The position numbers and the translations under genes were made by a program. Source: Octopus bimaculoides (lineage: Eukaryota). From it: a stretch of 58,395 bases of DNA. Shown piece after piece: positions 51,828-58,395 of this stretch. The stretch covers positions 87,503,414 through 87,561,808 of the forward strand of contig NC_068982.1 of the NCBI RefSeq assembly GCF_001194135.2, written 5' to 3'. The notes below the pieces were generated by a model. The model made no database searches. It saw only the letters and a program-made list of their open reading frames with translations, and had not been told where the DNA came from. The stretch's first letter is position 1. Every line of letters begins with the position of its first letter.

Positions 51828-51918
51828 GGCAAAAGTAAAGAATACGTACACCTGGTGTTTAGGGTTAGGGATTTTGTTACGCTGAAAACGAGTGGTGTAC
51901 GTATTCTTTACCTCCGCC
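51828..51918 (-). repeat. Hairpin: 18-bp perfect inverted repeat extending to 25 bp with G-U pairs on the minus strand, 41-nt loop
   Basis: gtaaagaatacgtacacc (51835-52) / ggtgtacgtattctttac (51894-911). Confidence 0.8.
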
Positions 51919-53663
51919 TACAATCTGTATGAGTATGATGTCTGCCGGTTAAATAACATACACACACACCCAGATATATACATCTTTTTGATGTATTCTT
52001 ATCCATTATACACACGTTCTATTTTGCTGTTTGCATTATCTATCTATCTATCTATCTATCTAGAGACACACACACATATATTCAAGTATACATACATATA
52101 CGATATATATGTATCATCATGCGCGCACGCACACACACATATGAAAACAGAAAAGATCAGAAGTGTGTTTCACTGTTAAATTTCTCCATTTAAAGTTGGA
52201 GAACAATCTTCTATATGCTGCAGGACGTGGCTGTCGCATTTCAGTTGTCATTACTGATTTCTGGAATTTACACATTGTTGTTAAATTTAATAACCAAGGA
52301 CGTGCTTCAAGTTAAAATTTTCTTACTTCTACTGCTAGATCACGAAATAATAAAAGTGAAAACAGCAGGAAATGTAAGGAATTGTACCAAAATACTACGT
52401 TTGTAATAATAGTCAAAGGGGGTATATGTCTATGCGATAAGCTTGATCACTAGAGACAGCAATCAAACTTTCAAATAATACCGTATTTTTCTGTAAAAAA
52501 AAGGACAAGTTGAACAATGTAATCATAGATAAACACTAAATCGAGAAGAAAAGGGCTGCTCGCAGCTGGAACATCTTACAGTTCTGACCTGAGACTAAAC
52601 AACAATTACAATTACTGCATTTATCAATTTGTTCAATAACCAAATTTTTTTGGGGTCATTAAGAAAAAAAAAAGCATGGCAATACGACGTTTTGCTTTAA
52701 ATAGATATATTCACTTAAGTGTTGCATTAAAATGAAGATGAATTATGAAAATGAAAATAAAACAAAATAAAAGAAAAAGGCTCAAAACAATCGGAAGTTT
52801 TACAATTGATGGTGAAATATAATTATTACATGACGATTATTTAACTTTGTATTCCGTTTCTAACAGACTTTAGAAAACTACATACAACTATTTGCAAATA
52901 TATACTTGAGAACGTTTAGGCTGTGACAAAAACGAAGTAAATTTTCAATATTAATTATGAAATAGAGTCACAAACAGGCCCGAATGTATCAAACCGAAAA
53001 CCAAAAGAGATGAGCGGCAAAAGTACCTATATACATACATCATTAATCAGTTTAATTAATATAGTGGTAAATAAGTTTCATAAGTTAGTCAGTAACCTGT
53101 TGCTTTTGTTTAATTTCCACTAAGAAATTTCAATTAAAGAATTTTTGTTTTTTTTGGTTTGTCTACGGCATTCGATACATCACCGACTGAGCTTAATTTT
53201 ACGAAGATGCAATGCAAAGAGTGACGGCACTCGATAACTGATGAATGTACTATTATTGTTATTTAGCCATAATCAAGTAGACCTATGATCAAAGGTGTTC
53301 CAGCCGTGATCATCCAGTTTATATTTTATACTCACTATATCCATGTCAGCAATATTTGGTTTTGACGATTTCAGTCAAATGTAAAACTAACAATTTCAAG
53401 GCAAACGCAGCGACACAAGGGACGTAACTCTTGTCTTGTATAATTACAACTTAATTTGTGCTGACTTAATCATACACTTCAAAGACGAGCAATGATGACA
53501 TCCGCAACCCACCTCGTTATCGCCCTCTCTCTCTCTTTCTCTCTCTCTCCTCCCCCTCCTCTCTTTCACACATTTGAAAGTGGACATGTTGTTAAGAGAT
53601 ATAGTTTCCTGAAAGCATTTTATTCGTATATATCAGTGCCCCGCAACCTTTTTTCACTTGTGG

Positions 53664-54060
53664 TACTCTTTTACTCTTTTACTTGTTTCAGTCATTTGAC
53701 TGCGGCCATGCTGGAGCACCGCCTTTTAGTCGAGAAAATCGACCCCGGGACTTATTCTTTGTAAGCCTAGTACTTATTCTATCGGTCTTTTTTTGCCGAA
53801 CCGCTAGGTTACGGGGACGTAAACACACCAGTATCGGTTGTCAAGCGATGGTGGGGGAACAAACACAGACACACAAACACACATATATACATATATACGA
53901 CGGGCTTCTTTCAGTTTCAGTCTACCAAATCCACTCACAAGGCTTTGGTCGGCTCGAGGCTATAGTAGAAGACACTTGCCCAAGGTGCCACGCAGTGGGA
54001 CTGAACCCAGAACCATGTGGTTGGTAAGCAAGCTACTTACCACACAGCCACTCCTGCGCC
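53664..54060 (-). mobile_element. SINE family A, full length, young
   Basis: Matches 48685-49064, CpGs intact. Confidence 0.9.
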
Positions 54061-54164
54061 TATATATTCTTTTCAAAATAGATCTATGGAACAGATCCTT
54101 CAAAATTCTACGGTACACCTGAACTAAAAATATTACTAAAAGTATAGGGAAAAAAATTACATGT

Positions 54165-54240
54165 AGGTTAGACTGCGGCACACCTAGCATCGTCTCGTGG
54201 CACACCAGTGTGCTGCGGCATACCGGTTGCGGAGCACTGG
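54165..54240 (-). mobile_element. hAT-like terminal fragment
   Basis: ccagtgctccgcaaccggtatgccgcagcacactggtgtgcc resembles hAT MITE ends. The second end was not found. Confidence 0.45.
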
Positions 54241-54444
54241 TATATATGACTGAAAGTATAACAAACATTCCATATTTGAACATAAGCGCAAACATTAACA
54301 TATTTAAAGTTACTCACTGGGACATCTATATACCCTTTCAAAGATATCACAGCAGAGTATGGAATTAACTCTTAAAAAAAAAAATCGATGTTAAGTCGTA
54401 ACACCTTTGAATGTATTTTTTCTTATCTCGTTTCAATCAATGAA

Positions 54445-54760
54445 ATACAGCCATGCTAGAGCATCGCCTTCGGGGGTTTTAATCGAACAAATCAACCTCA
54501 AGACACTATTAACTCTATCGGTTCTTTTGCCGAACTGCTATTTACGGGGAAGGAAACAAATCAATACCGGATGTCAAGAGGTTGCGGGGAACAAACAAAA
54601 ACAAGAATACACATATATACGACTAGCTTTCACACAGTTTCTGTCTACCAAATTTACACTCAAGACATTAATCGGCCCGCTGCTATACAAGAAGACACTT
54701 GCCCAAAGTGTCGCATAGTAGGAGTGAACCTAAGACCAAGCTTCGTAACTCCACATACTA
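54445..54760 (-). mobile_element. SINE family A relative, diverged
   Basis: gaagacacttgcccaa and ctatcggttcttttgccgaac blocks. Confidence 0.6.
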
Positions 54761-54949
54761 AAGCCATGGAAGGAAAAGGCAGAGAGAGGAGATAGAATGC
54801 CCGAGAGCAGAGTGCGATTTCCAGCCAATCAGTCAAGTTAATAGCAGGACAATCCCACTAGGTTTTGTAGTGGGTTACGAGTTGTTTGGGGGTATCTTCA
54901 GTAATTTCTGGCTCTGAAGAACAATGCTAAACTTGAAATGCAAATTTTA

Positions 54950-55115
54950 GGCGTAGGCGTGGCTGTGTGGTAAGAAGCTTGCTTCCCAACCACATGGTTC
55001 CCGGGTTCAGTGCCACTACGTGGCACCTTGGGCAAGTGTCTTCTTTTATAGCGTTGGGCCGATCAAATCCTTGTTATTGGATTTAGTAGACGGAAACTGA
55101 AAGAAGCCCGTCGTG
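54950..55115 (+). mobile_element. SINE family A, 3'-truncated
   Basis: ggcgtaggcgtggctgtgtggtaagaagc head. Confidence 0.8.
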
Positions 55116-55205
55116 TATATATGTATATATATATTTCAAAATGTAACTACATGTCGATTCCCCACACCCCGTCTTCCTTTTCTCTTGGTCTTTCCTCTGT
55201 CTCCT

Positions 55206-55240
55206 GTTTCTGAAGAAAAACTTTGCTTGAAACGTAAAAC
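55206..55240 (+). ncRNA. Minimal type I hammerhead-like motif with a weakened stem II
   Basis: gttt CTGAAGA aaaac-ttt-gctt GAAA cg TA aaac: canonical core, stem I gttt/aaac, palindromic ACGU stem III, GUA site. Confidence 0.55.
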
Positions 55241-55691
55241 TAACTTTCTTTCCTTTCCTGCGAGTCCTATAATACTTTGCATGTACTCGCGTTGTTTTTT
55301 TCTTCTTGTGTTTTTTCTTCGNNNNNNNNNNNNNNNNNNNNNNNNNNNNNNNNNNNNNNNNNNNNNNNNNNNNNNNNNNNNNNNNNNNNNNNNNNNNNNN
55401 NNNNNNNNNNNNNNNNNNNNNNNNNNNNNNNNNNNNNNNNNNNNNNNNNNNNNNNNNNNNNNNNNNNNNNNNNNNNNNNNNNNNNNNNNNNNNNNNNNNN
55501 NNNNNNNNNNNNNNNNNNNNNNNNNNNNNNNNNNNNNNNNNNNNNNNNNNNNNNNNNNNNNNNNNNNNNNNNNNNNNNNNNNNNNNNNNNNNNNNNNNNN
55601 NNNNNNNNNNNNNNNNNNNNNNNNNNNNNNNNNNNNNNNNNNNNNNNNNNNNNNNNNNNNNNNNNNNNAGAATTGATATTTTATGTAGAAT

Positions 55692-55740
55692 GTCTTACAG
55701 CTGTTTCAGGGAAAATTCAGTGTATCCCTTCATCGGAGAC
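55692..55740 (-). ncRNA. Minimal type I hammerhead ribozyme motif (antisense twin)
   Basis: Exact reverse complement of 55942-55990. Confidence 0.75.
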
Positions 55741-55941
55741 GGTAATAGTAGAAGATAAGGATTATTACACCTGTATGAGTAGATTTGCAGAAAGAAATGA
55801 GAGCGATGCGGAGAAGAAAAAACAAAGAAGAAAAAGTACTTGGAGTATAGTTCCATTCCAACTATACTCCAAGTATCGCTCTCATTTCTTTCTGCAAATC
55901 TACTCATACAGATGTAATAATCCTTATCTTCTACTATTACC

Positions 55942-55990
55942 GTCTCCGATGAAGGGATACACTGAATTTTCCCTGAAACAGCTGTAAGAC
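55942..55990 (+). ncRNA. Minimal type I hammerhead ribozyme motif with variant core CCGAUGA
   Basis: gtct CCGATGA aggga-(12 nt)-tccct GAAA cagctg TA agac: 4-bp stem I, 5-bp stem II, palindromic stem III (A-CAGCUG-U). Predicted cleavage after GUA at 55986. Confidence 0.78.
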
Positions 55991-56194
55991 ATTCTACATA
56001 AAATATCAATTCTACTTATGCCATTGGTCTCTTTATCTCATTCTTTTTTATATATGCACACGCTAATACACGACCCATGTTATATTCCCCATTCATGTTA
56101 CAACCACATCTGGGGCAAAACTAGTCGGTATACTGCACTTACTTGGTATTACCTGTATCATTAGGGTCTGGTTGACTCCATTACCCTTCATAAC

Positions 56195-56234
<40 letters not shown>

Positions 56235-56519
56235 GAGAATATACAAAAAATAACAACAGACGAGGACAGGNNNNNNNNNNATATATATATATATACACAC
56301 ACACTCCAAGTACATATATACCCCAAGTGCAGACAAGAAACCCATATTCTACAATACATAACACTGCAAATAGCCAACACATGAAATATAGAAGACAACC
56401 ATCAACCCATAATTTCAAACACTATAGATAGATAAATACAAAGGAAAAAACAACAACAACATGAAAAACAAATAACATACAGACAACCATCAACCCGTAG
56501 TAACACGTACCCTAGATAG

Positions 56520-58033
56520 ATGAATACATGGGAAGAGAGACAAATAAAATACAGACAGCACAGGTATTATAATCGGATTCATAATCATCATGACAACTCA
56601 AGCAACCGACGATTTACGACCAAAAGCCCCATATATCCTGAATGGCAAAAGAAGCATGGAAGATGGGAAGAAAACAAAACTTATAACCAACGGAATTCGC
56701 ATAAAAGACATGAACCATCCTCTCGCCTACATGGGAACCAGAACGCCGAAATCAGAAAATGGAGACACAATAACACAATTCCTTTTTTTAGAGAGAAAAT
56801 ACCAAAATCACGCACCGGATCCAAAAAAAACACAGAATTTGAATGAACACACAGAACATATATCCTCGAAAATCATAAATTTGTCTAATAGAAACCTCAA
56901 CAAGAATGAGATGAACCTCCTATTAAAAGGTTTCACGTTTACCCCGTCACCCATCCCCAATCTCATTGAACTGAAATCTGATACTGAACACTTCAACCGC
57001 CACCTCCGACTCAGAGAATTCTTCAGCAGTAAGGATTTAAATGATGAATCAATAGTCAGAAATAAATCCCACTTCACTCCCTACTAAGGAAAGGACAAAT
57101 ATTTGGACTAAATACCCACAGATGCAAACAAAACCTTCGCGAAGAAGAAAAGGAAGCCTTACAAACATTGAAGAATGACAATTCAATCATCCTAAAAGAA
57201 GCCGATAAGGGAGAGGCGATAGTAACCATGGACAAGGACTATTATAAAGACAAAATATTGGAAATGTTAACAAACCAAACCTACTACAAGGAAGAACCAA
57301 GTCACTCAGAAAAAAACAATAATGAATAAAATCAGAAGACTAATCAATGAATTCAATGAGAATTCAAGGAGAAAGATTATATATACAACTCTGTAATGAA
57401 AGAAAGCAATTTCTACGGATTGCCCCAAATCCACAAAAGCTCCGAAATACAAAGTGCCATAAATAAGCCAGTACGTAAAAATACTAAAGCCTGCTGACCT
57501 CAAACTAAGACCAATAGTTGTTGGACCTCAAGCACCAACACAACAACTAAGTCATTTTTTAGATATACTCCTAAAACCTTTGTGCCCTTTAATACCCAGA
57601 TATGTACGGGATGGCGAGCTTTCATCCAGCACATCCCTTCTACTGTCGCAGAAGGTACTATGCTTGCAAGTTTTGATGTCACCAATCTCTATACTATTAT
57701 ACCTCACACTTTGGGCCTAGAAGCAATCAAACACTGGGTAGAGAAACACAGAGGGCGGATAAACGAACGCTTCAAGACTGACTTCATCACCAAGGCCACA
57801 CGCCTAGTACTCAAAGTAAATACCTTTAGATTCGACAATAAAGCATATCGGCAGATAAAGAGCACGGCTATAGGTACGCGGTTTGCGCCCTCATATGCAA
57901 ACTTAGTTATGGGATACTTGGAAGAAAAACTTTATGAGGAAGTAGAAAAAACTTTTGATCAGGAGTACAAAAAATATTACCATTTCTGGATATCCACATA
58001 AAAATACAGAACTCCACAGTCACAACAGACATA
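56520..58033 (+). mobile_element. Penelope-like retroelement RT pseudogene (frameshifts, stops, internal deletion; GIY-YIG end not present)
   Basis: KIINLSNRNLNKNEMNLLLKGFTFTP..RHLRLREFF; EADKGEAIVTMDKDYY; FYGLPQIHKS; LRPIVVGPQAPTQQLSHFLDILLKP; LASFDVTNLYTIIPH; YRQIKSTAIGTRFAPSYANLVMGYLE; LPFLDIHIK..TTDI. These are PLE RT motifs. Confidence 0.92.
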
Positions 58034-58185
58034 TTAGGTTGCCCGGAAAGTTCGTGCCGATTAATAGTAGCTTACCTTTCGACTTATTTTAGAACATGGT
58101 TGAGTCCATAAAATAGGATTTTACCACACCTCCATTTAAAGCACAGTTCTGTGCTTTGCGTGTTTTTCTAGTTTGTAAGTGTTAT
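58034..58185 (+). mobile_element. Mariner-type terminus inserted at a TA inside the PLE RT
   Basis: TA|ttaggttgcccggaaagttcg resembles the TIR at 27913. The right boundary is approximate. Confidence 0.65.
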
Positions 58186-58264
58186 ACTAATGTTCTATAA
58201 TGCAAAAACATGAAATTCAAAGAGGCGTGATCGAAGTTACACAGTAAAAACATGGACGTTCCCA

Positions 58265-58395
58265 AACACACACGCACACACACACAGGCACACGTACACT
58301 CACACGCGCACAAACTCACATTCACACACGCGCACACACACACACACAGAGGCACACACACACACAGAGGCACACACACACACACACACACACAC
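58265..58395. repeat. (CA)n-rich microsatellite
   Basis: Direct reading. Confidence 0.95.

Larger units (their letters stand above)
51150..51950 (-). promoter_or_regulatory. Putative promoter/TSS-proximal region of the NT5C3 gene
   Basis: Unique sequence with an abrupt rise in CpG density and candidate donors at 51567 and 51911. The TSS itself is not identifiable. Confidence 0.35.
55669..56013. repeat. Inverted repeat (139-bp arms, 1 mismatch) with a nested 16-bp hairpin; inverted pseudo-LTR of the adjacent PLE
   Basis: Arms at 55669-55807 and 55875-56013. Inner stem 55837-55852 / 55860-55875 with loop ccattcc. The left arm may extend into the gap. Confidence 0.9.

Noticed and set aside
51858-51870. 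TTAGGG x2 as an interstitial telomere
   Set aside because: Two units are too few; noted only as part of the hairpin loop.
54910-54945. CTGAAGA...GAAA hammerhead-like spacing
   Set aside because: No stem I or stem II complementarity and no UH site in the right place.
55695-56009. Similar 100-aa ORFs on opposite strands (55277+ and 55695-)
   Set aside because: These result from the inverted repeat and are not a duplicated gene.

Overview
AT-rich, repeat-dense eukaryotic draft sequence with 8 N-gaps. The SINE and LINE families I recognise point to an octopod cephalopod (inference). The one host gene is a cytosolic 5'-nucleotidase III (NT5C3 family, HAD fold) on the minus strand. Six GT-AG coding exons (21923 down to 4790) splice into 184 uninterrupted codons with DFDQT and SAGLGD motifs. 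Candidate 5' micro-exons lie at 38.3 kb and 51.6 kb, and the 3' exons are outside the window or in gaps. The introns hold RTE and CR1-like LINE relics, several SINE families, two full-length decayed mariners, Helitrons and a composite hAT element. The most striking system is at the right end: a decayed Penelope-like retroelement (PLE) preceded by a 139-bp inverted repeat. Each arm carries a minimal type I hammerhead ribozyme motif with a variant CCGAUGA core and a palindromic stem III. Two further hammerhead-like families occur at 55.2 kb and in a 156-bp palindrome at 23.5 kb. All calls come from manual reading; no searches or folding programs were run.
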